From an uncultured virus (IMG/VR IMGVR_UViG_3300044675_004257) (lineage: Duplodnaviria > Heunggongvirae > Uroviricota > Caudoviricetes): a stretch of 20,000 nucleotides of DNA. The notes below the pieces were generated by a model. The model saw nothing but the letters and a program-made list of their open reading frames with translations. It ran no database searches and was not told the origin of the DNA. Below, piece by piece: positions 1 through 9,219 of the stretch; the stretch's first letter is position 1, and each line of letters begins with the position of its first letter. Location: the IMG/VR virus record IMGVR_UViG_3300044675_004257, positions 57,660 to 77,659 of that record. The stretch is one strand, 5' to 3'. The position numbers and the translations under genes were made by a program.

Positions 1-2
1 AT

Positions 3-1058
3 GAGGTATTGCCTGCTGGCAACTATGTTGTCAAGCAGGATCCATTCGAAAATTTCTATATCGAACAGATTGAGAATTTCGATGTGCCTACAAAATTGTA
101 TGGTGATACGATTCGCAACACTGAACGTATCATCAACAGTTTTTGGAATCGTGAGAAATCCACAGGTGTAATGCTTGTGGGTGAAAAAGGTTCAGGTAAA
201 ACCTTGCTGAGTAAAAACATTTGTATTGAAATGTCCAAACAAAATGTGCCAACTATTGTTATCAATGCTTCATGGCACGGTGATAAATTCAATACACTGA
301 TTCAATCTATTCAGCAACCATGTATTGTAATGTTTGATGAGTTTGAGAAGGTGTATAACAGTGAAGAACAAGAAGCATTGCTGACATTATTGGATGGAAT
401 TTATTCAACCAAGAAATTGTTTATGTTGACCAGTAATGATAAATGGCGTGTTGATTCGCATATGCGTAACCGACCAGGTCGTATCTTCTATATGGTTAAC
501 TTCAAAGGTTTGGATGAGGCATTCATTCGTGAGTACTGTGCTGATAACTTGAATGATAAATCACACACAGAACGAATTGTAAACATTGCTTCTGTATTCT
601 CAGCATTTAACTTTGATATGTTGAAGGCAATGATTGAAGAAATGAATCGTTACAATGAATCGCCACAAGATGCAATGCGTATTCTTAACGTGAAGGCCGA
701 GTTTGATTCTGGTGCTACATATACTATTGAAGTCTATCGTGGTGACCGTAAGGCTGACCGTGTGAGTCCAACACAATGGACAGGTACACCATTGTCATCA
801 AAAGATATCAGTGTCAGTTATTGGTTCAAATCTTTAAAGAAGGTGGAACCACAACTAAAAAAAGGTTCGCAACTCTTGTCCCCAGTGGTCGATGATGATG
901 AACACGGTGAAGATTCGGGTTGGAACGAAAGAGATTTCGGTAACGATGACTTGGTGAAATTCAACAACAAGACTGGCCAGTTTATCTTTGAGAAAAATGG
1001 CACTACCATTATTTTAATGAAAGAATCACCTAAGTATTTCAACTTCGATGCATTTTAA
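3..1058 (+). CDS. AAA+ family ATPase (probably 5'-truncated by the window edge)
   Basis: Walker A GEKGSGKT, Walker B IVMFDEFEK, sensor LTSN and second-region-of-homology MRNRPGRI. The frame is open to the window start, so the true start is likely upstream. Confidence 0.85.
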   Translation, partial: EVLPAGNYVVKQDPFENFYIEQIENFDVPTKLYGDTIRNTERIINSFWNREKSTGVMLVGEKGSGKTLLSKNICIEMSKQNVPTIVINASWHGDKFNTLIQSIQQPCIVMFDEFEKVYNSEEQEALLTLLDGIYSTKKLFMLTSNDKWRVDSHMRNRPGRIFYMVNFKGLDEAFIREYCADNLNDKSHTERIVNIASVFSAFNFDMLKAMIEEMNRYNESPQDAMRILNVKAEFDSGATYTIEVYRGDRKADRVSPTQWTGTPLSSKDISVSYWFKSLKKVEPQLKKGSQLLSPVVDDDEHGEDSGWNERDFGNDDLVKFNNKTGQFIFEKNGTTIILMKESPKYFNFDAF

Positions 1059-1067
1059 GGATTAAAT

Positions 1068-1322
1068 ATGAGTACAGAAGAAGATAAAATCAAACACTCA
1101 AAACGTTTGCAGAATGATGAGATTGCCATCAAAAAACAAATGAAAATTGCCAAACGCCACGGCATAGATGTTAAAGAACCTCACAAGTTTGCCAAACATC
1201 ATGCCATGGATTGTGGAAACCCTGAATGTGGATTGTGTGGTAATCCTAGGCATATATCTAAAGATAGCCTCACAATCCAAGAGAAATCCTTTAAACAAAC
1301 CGAAAAGTGGGAGACGGAATGA
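1068..1322 (+). CDS. Small basic hypothetical phage protein with His/Cys cluster (HHAMDCGNPECGLCGNPRH), possibly Zn-binding
   Basis: 84-aa ORF with AAGGA RBS just upstream and a CxxxxCxxC motif. Confidence 0.7.
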   Translation: MSTEEDKIKHSKRLQNDEIAIKKQMKIAKRHGIDVKEPHKFAKHHAMDCGNPECGLCGNPRHISKDSLTIQEKSFKQTEKWETE

Positions 1323-1337
1323 TTGTTTTAGTAGTAC

Positions 1338-1366
1338 TTGCCATTGAGTTGATTTTCATGTATAAT
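1338..1366 (+). promoter_or_regulatory. sigma70-type (early) promoter
   Basis: TTGCCA (1338-1343), 17-nt spacer, TATAAT (1361-1366), intergenic and upstream of the CobS-like gene. Confidence 0.75.
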
Positions 1367-1399
1367 ACCAATATGTGGATGTCATAACTGGAGAAAAAT

Positions 1400-2542
1400 A
1401 TGAGTTTAAACCGCAATCAAACCGCTTTTGTTAAAGCAGCCGAAGAATTGTATGGCACAGGTTCTATTTTGACCCGTGACGGCATTCAACAAGTTATTGA
1501 AGAAAATGACCTTTCTTTTCCACACTGGTTTGTAACCAAGTCTGATTATAGAGTTGGTCGAGGAGAATATAAATTGCCTAACATCGGCACCAAGAAAACA
1601 ATTGTTAAAGAACCTGAACTTGAAATTGCATTGGCTGCACAAGTTTTAGAATTCAAACAACCTAAACTAGTTGATGACTCTGACGTATCAATTCCTACAA
1701 AGTATAAAGATTATGTGCCATTTGGATTTTTTAAAGATTTGCGTAATATCATTAAGTCTGATTTGTTTTATCCTGTGTTCATTACAGGCCTTTCAGGTAA
1801 TGGTAAAACCCTCATGGTGGAACAATCTTGCTCGGAGCTCGGGCGGGAGTGCATTAGAGTTAACATTAGTATTGAAACTGATGAATCGGATTTGCTCGGT
1901 GGTCCTACTCTTGTTAATGGGAACGTTGTTAATCGTGACGGTCCTGTTATTACAGCAATGAAGCGTGGCGCCATTCTGTTGATTGATGAAGTTGACCGTG
2001 GTTCTAATAAGTTGATGTGTTTGCAAGGTATCTTAGAAGGCAAACCATACTACAACAAGAAAAACGGTGAGATGGTATATCCAAAAGATGGGTTCAACGT
2101 CATTGCTACTGCAAACACTAAAGGTCGTGGTAGTGAAGAAGGTCGTTACCTTTCACAGATTCTAGATGATGCATTCCTAGAACGTTTCCCTATTACAGTT
2201 GAACAGGAATATCCTGATGTTAAGACTGAAAAGAAAATACTTTCACCATTGATTGCTGACCAGGATTTTGTTGAGAAGTTGACACAATGGGCTGATATTG
2301 TTCGACAATCATTTGACCAAGGTGCTGTTGATGAAGTTATCTCCACACGCCGTTTGGTCCACATTGCTAAAGCATTTAAAATCTTTGGTGACCGAATGAA
2401 AGCTATTGAACTATGCGTGGCACGGTTCGACACAGACACCAAAATGGCGTTCCTCGACTTGTATTCCAAGGTTGATGCGAAAGTTGATGCTCCCGTAGGA
2501 AAAGCCCCTACGGTGGTAAATACGGATGAAATTCCATTCTGA
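1400..2542 (+). CDS. cobS: CobS/MoxR-like AAA+ ATPase as found in T4-like phages
   Basis: Walker A GLSGNGKT, ETDESDLLGG, Walker B LLIDEVD, ATANTKGRG, LDDAFLERF, ISTRRLV; GGAG RBS. Confidence 0.85.
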   Translation: MSLNRNQTAFVKAAEELYGTGSILTRDGIQQVIEENDLSFPHWFVTKSDYRVGRGEYKLPNIGTKKTIVKEPELEIALAAQVLEFKQPKLVDDSDVSIPTKYKDYVPFGFFKDLRNIIKSDLFYPVFITGLSGNGKTLMVEQSCSELGRECIRVNISIETDESDLLGGPTLVNGNVVNRDGPVITAMKRGAILLIDEVDRGSNKLMCLQGILEGKPYYNKKNGEMVYPKDGFNVIATANTKGRGSEEGRYLSQILDDAFLERFPITVEQEYPDVKTEKKILSPLIADQDFVEKLTQWADIVRQSFDQGAVDEVISTRRLVHIAKAFKIFGDRMKAIELCVARFDTDTKMAFLDLYSKVDAKVDAPVGKAPTVVNTDEIPF

Positions 2543-2565
2543 TGTAAAAAAACAACACTGGATGG

Positions 2566-2594
2566 TTGCCAACATGCCATCTTTGTGTTATAAT
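2566..2594 (+). promoter_or_regulatory. sigma70-type (early) promoter with extended -10
   Basis: TTGCCA (2566-2571), 17-nt spacer, TGtTATAAT (TATAAT 2589-2594). Confidence 0.75.
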
Positions 2595-2638
2595 TCATAT
2601 GTTGGTACTCTTATCATGTAATTTTGAAAGGACTTAAA

Positions 2639-2962
2639 ATGTCAAACACCGTTCGCTCAGGCAAACAAAATCGCCACGAAAAAATCACCGTAACCCTTTT
2701 GTCAGGTAAACCTGTATCTCCCGATGAGATTAAGTCCTGTTTCAAAGGCACGGATCAAGAAGCGGTTCTCTATCGCTTATCCACAAACATCTATAACATC
2801 CGCAAAGATGGCGGTATCATCAAGGTGCATAAAACCGGCCGTGCTGTAACAGCATATCAGTTGGTTAATTATACCGAGTTTGATAAGAATGGTCGTTATG
2901 TTGGCGCACCTAAAACAACACCTGTTGCACAACCAACAACTACTGAAACTGCTGAAGCCTAA
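2639..2962 (+). CDS. Hypothetical protein, possible winged-helix DNA-binding protein
   Basis: ATG at 2639 follows an AAAGGA RBS. The segment LLSGKPVSPDEI...RLSTNIYNIRKDG-I...Y-L has a wHTH-like pattern (inference). Confidence 0.6.
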   Translation: MSNTVRSGKQNRHEKITVTLLSGKPVSPDEIKSCFKGTDQEAVLYRLSTNIYNIRKDGGIIKVHKTGRAVTAYQLVNYTEFDKNGRYVGAPKTTPVAQPTTTETAEA

Positions 2963-2991
2963 TGCTTCGTCCCACTATAAACGGAGAAGTT

Positions 2992-3201
2992 ATGAACTGG
3001 TCTAAATTTTTGATGCGAGCAGCAATAGTTGCATTCCTACTTTCTTTGAATTCATTATTTGTTATGTTGCTTTGGAATATGTTTCTTATTCCCGCAATTA
3101 ATGGTGTGAATGAAATAGGTTTTATCACAGCAATGGGTTTAACTGCTCTTTTTGGCATTCTATTTAAAGACAATGGCATCAAGGCGAACTTCAATGAATA
3201 A
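2992..3201 (+). CDS. Small membrane protein (two hydrophobic segments)
   Basis: GGAG RBS before ATG 2992; two hydrophobic stretches. Confidence 0.65.
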   Translation: MNWSKFLMRAAIVAFLLSLNSLFVMLLWNMFLIPAINGVNEIGFITAMGLTALFGILFKDNGIKANFNE

Positions 3202-3415
3202 GTGGGACCGAGATAACCTGGATTTTATTATGAATACGACCAATGAAGGTTTTGATGAATGGCTGGATCAAGCCGATAACGATGATGTTGCCTATGCATT
3301 AGAATTAATTCGTATGGCAAAAGCTGAATTGATGATTCAGGAAATGGAATTCACTGATGATGTGTCTAATTTTACTGAAGCATCACAGTTAATTGAAAGG
3401 ATTAAAAATGTTTAA
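3194..3415 (+). CDS. Small acidic hypothetical protein
   Basis: ORF overlaps the previous stop and fits the tight + strand packing. Confidence 0.6.
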   Translation: MNKWDRDNLDFIMNTTNEGFDEWLDQADNDDVAYALELIRMAKAELMIQEMEFTDDVSNFTEASQLIERIKNV

Positions 3416-3656
3416 CAAAACTTTGAGATATGGTATGTTTACTATTCTTTTTTTAGTGATAGCTGCGTGTTCAACTCCCAAATTGGATGGTTTCGAAAAA
3501 GCAAAGGTCATTGAACGTGCTGAAGTAATTCGGTCGTCTAAAGATTGTATAGACGCAAAAATGCGTCCAGTGATTCAAACACTGCCGCAGAAAACGGATC
3601 ATGGCACAATCATGTATCCAGTTTCTGTTCAATGTGAAGTGGCTTATCGTCAATAA
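3408..3656 (+). CDS. Putative lipoprotein
   Basis: AAAGGA RBS; basic N-terminus, hydrophobic stretch and lipobox-like IAA/C-S. Confidence 0.6.
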   Translation: MFNKTLRYGMFTILFLVIAACSTPKLDGFEKAKVIERAEVIRSSKDCIDAKMRPVIQTLPQKTDHGTIMYPVSVQCEVAYRQ

Positions 3657-3666
3657 GGTGATTTAA

Positions 3667-4194
3667 ATGTATTCCGAAATCGTCAATGATTCTGGTATTT
3701 CCCAACACACAATGGAAATCATTGTATTTGGTGCTATTGGTGTATTTGTTCTTGGTCTTGTTTTCTTTCTTTGGTGGAAACAAATCATCATTGGTGTTAT
3801 GGCTTTAGCTGCGGTTGTTGTCTTGGCCAATCACAGACCAAAAACACCAGTGGTGCCTAAAGTTGAGCAAGAGCAAATCATCATTGAAAAGGTAATTATT
3901 CCTGAAAATCCTGTCCATATTGAATTAGATGAAAAGAAGATTCAAGAAGGTGTGGATCCACAACCGACCAACAAAGAAGAATTGATGACAAAACCAGAAG
4001 ATGATAGAAAATATTTCATCGAGGATTGCCTACAATTTACAGACTATAATAAATCTCAGTGTGAGGCAATTTGGGATAAGAAAGACACCTCTGAAACCAA
4101 GTTGTTAGATGTTGAGAATGTAAAATATAAACAACGGCGTGCTGAAGCATTAAAGAAACCTAATGCTGTTGTTGCACACTACACATTAAGATAA
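3667..4194 (+). CDS. Membrane-anchored hypothetical protein
   Basis: AAGGTG RBS; two N-terminal hydrophobic helices then a soluble domain with a Cys pair. Confidence 0.7.
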   Translation: MYSEIVNDSGISQHTMEIIVFGAIGVFVLGLVFFLWWKQIIIGVMALAAVVVLANHRPKTPVVPKVEQEQIIIEKVIIPENPVHIELDEKKIQEGVDPQPTNKEELMTKPEDDRKYFIEDCLQFTDYNKSQCEAIWDKKDTSETKLLDVENVKYKQRRAEALKKPNAVVAHYTLR

Positions 4195-4203
4195 GGAGTT
4201 AGT

Positions 4204-4551
4204 ATGATGATTAGTTTGTACCGTGGTATTGTTGATATTCTTACCAATCAAACAGAAATTTTGAATAAACAGTTTATCAAACACATTCGCACCTTTAATG
4301 ATGGTGACCCTACAGAAAACTTTGGCACAGCAGGATTCTGGAATCTGATGCTTGAAGTGACCTATATTTTTTATGTAAAATGTTTTGTTGCAGTTGGCAT
4401 TGGCATTACACTTGCATTGGCTGTTGTTTTCTTTCCATTGTATGCTTTACGTAAAGCAACCAGTGGTGCATTTATGGGTGCTATGCCAAGATATGAACAA
4501 CCAATGACATACGAAGAACCAAAGATTGAACCTATTCAGGAGAAAAAATAA
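4204..4551 (+). CDS. Hypothetical membrane protein
   Basis: AAGGAG RBS; central hydrophobic segment. Confidence 0.7.
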   Translation: MMISLYRGIVDILTNQTEILNKQFIKHIRTFNDGDPTENFGTAGFWNLMLEVTYIFYVKCFVAVGIGITLALAVVFFPLYALRKATSGAFMGAMPRYEQPMTYEEPKIEPIQEKK

Positions 4552-4940
4552 TGGCTACATGGAGTATTAAACCGGAATGGAAAAAATCCATTATTGAACG
4601 TAATCATCTATCATTAGGTGATAATAAAATTGTGATTGAAACTGGTTGGCGATGGGGTGAATTTCACATTCAAACGCCGCCGTCTGATGGTGATACACCG
4701 CCAGTATTGGAAGAAGGTGTAGATTTATATAGTTGTGGTTATGATTGTGAGATGATTGAATTGGATGATGGTTGTTGGGAAGAACACGATTTCGATGACT
4801 GTGATGATGAAACCCGTGAATGGTTAGAAAACTTCTTTGAAGAAGGTAATTCATGGTTAGACCTTGAAGATAATGGTTGGTCTAATGATGATTGTGAGAT
4901 GATTATCAACTGTGAAATGGCCATTGAAAGAGTGGACTAA
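4551..4940 (+). CDS. Highly acidic, Trp/Cys-containing hypothetical phage protein
   Basis: AGGAG RBS; start overlaps the previous stop (TAATG). Confidence 0.7.
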   Translation: MATWSIKPEWKKSIIERNHLSLGDNKIVIETGWRWGEFHIQTPPSDGDTPPVLEEGVDLYSCGYDCEMIELDDGCWEEHDFDDCDDETREWLENFFEEGNSWLDLEDNGWSNDDCEMIINCEMAIERVD

Positions 4941-5260
4941 TGGCTATTATTGATCCATGGAATTTGCCTATTGATATTAAAGAAATGGAATATGCCATCA
5001 AAGGCAATATGATTAAAGCGCAACTTATTGTTAGTGACTTGGAACAGTTGCGGATGAATGTTGCAACATTTCAGGATGATATCAAACAAAGGTTGTTAAT
5101 AGTCCTGCTGGATGAATTGATGAAAACTAAAAGTGTTGAATTTACAAAGATGCCTCACCACAGCCATGGCCTTACATATTTCCGAGCAAGGATGTTTGCC
5201 GTGCCTGATGACCAGGTAAGGATCCTACGTGTGTCGCAATTAAACAACAGTGTGGCTTGA
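4940..5260 (+). CDS. Hypothetical protein
   Basis: TAATG stop/start coupling; 106-aa ORF. Confidence 0.65.
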   Translation: MAIIDPWNLPIDIKEMEYAIKGNMIKAQLIVSDLEQLRMNVATFQDDIKQRLLIVLLDELMKTKSVEFTKMPHHSHGLTYFRARMFAVPDDQVRILRVSQLNNSVA

Positions 5261-5285
5261 CATATATAACTACCCATGTTATAAT
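5257..5285 (+). promoter_or_regulatory. Consensus sigma70 promoter with extended -10
   Basis: TTGACA (5257-5262), 17-nt spacer, TGtTATAAT (TATAAT 5280-5285). Confidence 0.85.
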
Positions 5286-5307
5286 ATCACCATAAGGAAA
5301 TAATACT

Positions 5308-6234
5308 ATGAAGATTGCAGTTTGTTCAGATATTCACCTAGAATTTGGTACTATCAGCCTCGACAATACCGAAGGTGCTGATGTACTCATTCTTGGCGGT
5401 GATATTTGTGTTGCTAAAGATTTAAATACAAGGGACGAATATGCGCTTGCTGACCGCTTTGGCCGCTCTGAGGCGTGGCATACATTCTTTCAAGAATGCT
5501 CTGCTAGATTCCCTCATGTTATCTACATCGCTGGAAATCACGAACATTATCACGGTGATTTTAGGGATACTATTACAAGGCTTCGTGATAAGCTTGGTTA
5601 TCTACGCAATTTACATATCTTAGATAAACAAATTCTAACTGTTGATGATGTAACATTCATTGGCGGTACTTTGTGGACTGATATGAACAAGGAAGATCCA
5701 ATTACATTGTTGCACATGAAAGGCATGATGAATGACTTCCGTTGTGTAGATAATAGTGACCGTGTGGTCAACTACAAAGCACCAATCTACAAAAAAGATG
5801 GGAATGGTGAATACATCACACAAAAAATTGGTGAAGTAAATTCATTGATTGAAGATGGTTTTGAATTCAAGCAACGTGTTTCTCGGTTCTCACCAGAAGA
5901 TTCGGTTGAAGACCATCGTAAAATGTTGGGTTACATTCAGTCTGTGATTGAAGGTAAGTTTGATGAAAAGTTTGTTGTTGTGGGTCACCATGCACCAAGC
6001 AAATCATCAACCCATCCTCGTTATGCTGATGAACAGATTATGAATGGTGGTTATAGTAGCGCATTGGACGAATACATCATGGATCATCCACAAATCAAAT
6101 TGTGGACTCATGGTCATACACATGAAGATTTCGACTATATGGTTGGTTCTACTCGTATTGTTTGTAACCCCCGTGGTTATGATGCATATGAAGACCGTGC
6201 TGATAGATTTCAATTGAAATTTGTGGAGGTTTGA
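5308..6234 (+). CDS. Calcineurin-like metallophosphoesterase
   Basis: Motifs SDIHLE, GGDI, AGNHEHY, GHHAP, HGHTH, NPRGY. Confidence 0.9.
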   Translation: MKIAVCSDIHLEFGTISLDNTEGADVLILGGDICVAKDLNTRDEYALADRFGRSEAWHTFFQECSARFPHVIYIAGNHEHYHGDFRDTITRLRDKLGYLRNLHILDKQILTVDDVTFIGGTLWTDMNKEDPITLLHMKGMMNDFRCVDNSDRVVNYKAPIYKKDGNGEYITQKIGEVNSLIEDGFEFKQRVSRFSPEDSVEDHRKMLGYIQSVIEGKFDEKFVVVGHHAPSKSSTHPRYADEQIMNGGYSSALDEYIMDHPQIKLWTHGHTHEDFDYMVGSTRIVCNPRGYDAYEDRADRFQLKFVEV

Positions 6235-6491
6235 TGAACGAACAACTTAGAGAACTTGTCCGAGAATCTTACCTAGATGTATATGGTCTAGGCAAAGAAC
6301 GGTATAAGTGGGAATATACAATTGAGAAATTCACCGAGATGATTGTGTTAAGGTGTACCGATATCATAAAAGAAAATAAACAATTTGCCAAGGATCATAG
6401 GTGGTCTTCCCGTGAATTGGCTGATGTATGTGTGTTTGAAATTGAAAAAACTTTTGGAGTTGAAAATGGAAAAGAAACTGTATCTAGTTGA
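6234..6491 (+). CDS. Hypothetical protein
   Basis: GGAGG RBS; TGATG coupling to the previous gene. Confidence 0.65.
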   Translation: MNEQLRELVRESYLDVYGLGKERYKWEYTIEKFTEMIVLRCTDIIKENKQFAKDHRWSSRELADVCVFEIEKTFGVENGKETVSS

Positions 6492-6750
6492 AACTGTATC
6501 AATGTTTCGTATGCGTTATGTGGTTGAGGCTCATGAAGAATCTCATGCACATGATGAATTCATTATGGAAATTGGCAAAGATTCTTTCAAAGAATTTTCA
6601 CAACATCATATTGATGAGGTGATTGTTTCTAGTCGTGAATTATCTGCAAAAGATTATTTAAAATTGTTTGACGCAGATAACGATTACTGTAAGAATTGGG
6701 ACATTGCCGACAAAATGAAATCAATCAACTCTATTGATTACAAAGAATGA
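6466..6750 (+). CDS. Hypothetical phage protein
   Basis: GGAG RBS before ATG 6466 (MEKKLYLVETVSMFRMRYVVEA). Confidence 0.65.
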   Translation: MEKKLYLVETVSMFRMRYVVEAHEESHAHDEFIMEIGKDSFKEFSQHHIDEVIVSSRELSAKDYLKLFDADNDYCKNWDIADKMKSINSIDYKE

Positions 6751-7568
6751 AGAAGATTCTAATCACCGGTAGTTCTGGTTACATTGGCCAACACCTTTGT
6801 CAGGTGTTGAGTAATGAATATGTTGTTGGTTTGGATCGTGTGTTCAAACCACAACTTGCAGAAAAATTTATACAAGAAGATATTGACAACATGAACTGTT
6901 TAGATGGCCACTATGATGTTGTGGTTCATTTGGCTGGATTGGTGAATGTCGGTGATTCTGTAAAATGGCCGATGCGTTACTACCAAACAAATGTTGGTGG
7001 TACAATGAATCTTTTGGAACGTGTGAGTTTTGACCATTTCATCTTTGCATCAACTGGCGCAGCCTCTGGTGCAGAAAGTCCATATGCAATATCAAAAAAG
7101 ATTACTGAAACAATTGTTCGTAATTATTGCACATTAACTAACAAAGACCAAACAATTTTCAGGTTCTACAACGTTATTGGTTCTGCATACGGAATTGATC
7201 CAACGAACCATGATGGTTTGATGTACAATTTAATGAAAGCGAGAGAAACAGGTGAGTTCAATTTATATGGTAATGATTATGATACACTTGATGGTACCGC
7301 AGTTCGTGATTATATACACGTACTTGAAATATGCGAGGCCATTAAACTTGCTATTAGACGACCTTCAAATATCCTCTTGGAAAACCTAGGCAGCGGGCAA
7401 GGTTACACAGTACAACAAACCATAGATACATTCAAAAAGGTGAATGATTGTGATTTTAAAGTAAATGTGATGCCACGTAGAGCAGGTGACTTAGCACATT
7501 CTGTTTTGCATGATGTGTCACCGTATATGAAAAAAGTTTTTACACTGGAACAAATGTTAAAATTATGA
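6747..7568 (+). CDS. NAD-dependent epimerase/dehydratase (UDP-glucose 4-epimerase-like, extended SDR)
   Basis: ILITGSSGYIG Rossmann motif, HLAG, YAISK catalytic YxxxK, RFYNV, DGTAVRDYIHV, RRAGD. Confidence 0.9.
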   Translation: MKKILITGSSGYIGQHLCQVLSNEYVVGLDRVFKPQLAEKFIQEDIDNMNCLDGHYDVVVHLAGLVNVGDSVKWPMRYYQTNVGGTMNLLERVSFDHFIFASTGAASGAESPYAISKKITETIVRNYCTLTNKDQTIFRFYNVIGSAYGIDPTNHDGLMYNLMKARETGEFNLYGNDYDTLDGTAVRDYIHVLEICEAIKLAIRRPSNILLENLGSGQGYTVQQTIDTFKKVNDCDFKVNVMPRRAGDLAHSVLHDVSPYMKKVFTLEQMLKL

Positions 7569-8227
7569 AAATCTATTTCTCAAATTATCGTAACCACTGG
7601 ATTTCTCCATATACAATTTTGGAGAAGATTTTCTTTTGGCGTGAGATTGACTATGATGAACCAATCATCGAAAAGTGGTCCAATCGTCTAATGCCATTGT
7701 CAACCGCATACATGAAATTCATGGACTTTATTCATCCACAAATTCGTTATGTAAAAATCGACAGATGGGATACATGGAATATGGATGGCACATTGTCACC
7801 AATTATTCTTCCAATGTTGAAACAGTTGCACGCCACGAAACATGGTTCGCCTAATGTTGATGATAATGATGTGCCAGAAGAATTGAAGTCTACCTCAGCA
7901 CCACCAAAAGAAAATGTATATGATGTGGATGCCAATCATTTCAAACGTTTCGATTGGGTCATGGATGAAATGATTTGGGCTTTTGAACAACTACAACCAG
8001 ATAATGATTGGGAACAACTGTACACTTCTGGTGTTGCTGATTGGAATTTTGTGCCTGTTGATGTAGAAGGCAATGAAGTGCCTAAAAGTGAACAGAGATA
8101 TACTGAAATGCGCCATGGACCAAATCATACATATGAGATAGATTGGGAAGCTCGCAACAAACACCAAGAACGCATCACTAATGGTTTGCGTTTGTTCGGC
8201 AAATATTATCAAGCACTATGGGACTAA
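7565..8227 (+). CDS. Hypothetical phage protein
   Basis: 220-aa ORF with ATGA coupling; Trp-rich, C-terminal GLRLFGKYYQALWD. Confidence 0.75.
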   Translation: MKIYFSNYRNHWISPYTILEKIFFWREIDYDEPIIEKWSNRLMPLSTAYMKFMDFIHPQIRYVKIDRWDTWNMDGTLSPIILPMLKQLHATKHGSPNVDDNDVPEELKSTSAPPKENVYDVDANHFKRFDWVMDEMIWAFEQLQPDNDWEQLYTSGVADWNFVPVDVEGNEVPKSEQRYTEMRHGPNHTYEIDWEARNKHQERITNGLRLFGKYYQALWD

Positions 8228-8228
8228 T

Positions 8229-8408
8229 ATGGTTAATGTACTACAAAAACTTGAAGAAGAAATGTCTGAGATAAAACTCCGTATAAAAGAGTTGGAACTC
8301 ATTGAAAAAGAAAATGTGGCATTGCGTGAATTGGTGCATCACCTTGCATCACGACCCGCACCATATCAACCAGACCCTTATGCACCACCATATAAGGTGA
8401 CTTGTTAA
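8229..8408 (+). CDS. Small coiled-coil hypothetical protein
   Basis: ATG immediately after the previous stop; heptad-like LEEEMSEIKLRIKELE. Confidence 0.55.
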   Translation: MVNVLQKLEEEMSEIKLRIKELELIEKENVALRELVHHLASRPAPYQPDPYAPPYKVTC

Positions 8409-8647
8409 TGTTATCATTCATTCATTATGTGTCGGCCTTACGTAGGTTGAAAGAATCCGAAAAGACTGTCTATATGTTAGGTGGTGAACAAGAAGCACCA
8501 CCAATGATCCTGGCGCAACGGGATATGATTAAACATGAAGTTGAATATTATCAAGAAGAATCCATCAAACTAGCATTCTTTATAGGTGCAGTTGCCTTAA
8601 TTGGCACCGCAGTGTATAATCTACTTTTACAATTAGGAAAAATATGA
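8408..8647 (+). CDS. Hypothetical protein with C-terminal TM segment
   Basis: TAATG coupling; hydrophobic C-terminus. Confidence 0.6.
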   Translation: MLSFIHYVSALRRLKESEKTVYMLGGEQEAPPMILAQRDMIKHEVEYYQEESIKLAFFIGAVALIGTAVYNLLLQLGKI

Positions 8648-8898
8648 AAACTTGGTTACTTTGGTTAAAAGAAAATTATGTGAAACTCGTTGGTTACATA
8701 CTAATGGTTGTTGCCATTTTATTGTTTATGTTGGCAATTGTCACCAGACCTACACCAACAGTAGATGTATTAAAAGACTTTAAAGATGGTATTCAAAACC
8801 ACCTTGTATGGTCGATTAAAGGTGAATGTTTCTTTGTACGTCCACACACAGAGCAAACAGTATATTTAATTCGTGTGGCTGATTGTGATAAGAAATAA
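8644..8898 (+). CDS. Small membrane-anchored protein
   Basis: ATGA coupling; N-terminal TM helix and Cys pair. Confidence 0.65.
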   Translation: MKTWLLWLKENYVKLVGYILMVVAILLFMLAIVTRPTPTVDVLKDFKDGIQNHLVWSIKGECFFVRPHTEQTVYLIRVADCDKK

Positions 8899-8907
8899 GG
8901 AGTCACT

Positions 8908-9216
8908 ATGAGTTTATTTGTTGAAGTCAATTCTATTGAAAAGGGTTGTCCTGTTATTATTAATTTGGACCACATTATTGAAATTGCACCATTGGCTAAT
9001 GGTGGATGTGCATTGTTTACGCTTGATGGTGCAGGTATGAATTCTAAAAATGCCATGAAAGTTTCCGACAGTTATGATTTGTTTAGACAATTCGCTATGC
9101 AGACTGTAACAGTAGAAGATATTGAACGCCGTTTTCCTAAAGTTTCTACATCATCTGAAACTACAAAGAAAACTAAAAAATCAGAAGAAATTGAAATTCC
9201 TAAATTTGGTGGTTAA
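8908..9216 (+). CDS. Hypothetical protein
   Basis: AAGGAG RBS; 102 aa. Confidence 0.7.
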   Translation: MSLFVEVNSIEKGCPVIINLDHIIEIAPLANGGCALFTLDGAGMNSKNAMKVSDSYDLFRQFAMQTVTVEDIERRFPKVSTSSETTKKTKKSEEIEIPKFGG

Positions 9217-9219
9217 ACA

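Noticed and set aside
1400..2542. cobS as evidence of cobalamin biosynthesis linked to the B12 radical SAM
   Set aside because: Phage CobS-like proteins are MoxR-type AAA+ chaperones common in T4-like phages, and no other cob genes are present.
2561..2581. Short inverted repeat GATGG...CCATC over the -35 box as a terminator
   Set aside because: The stem is only 5 bp with a long loop and a weak U-tract, which is insufficient support.
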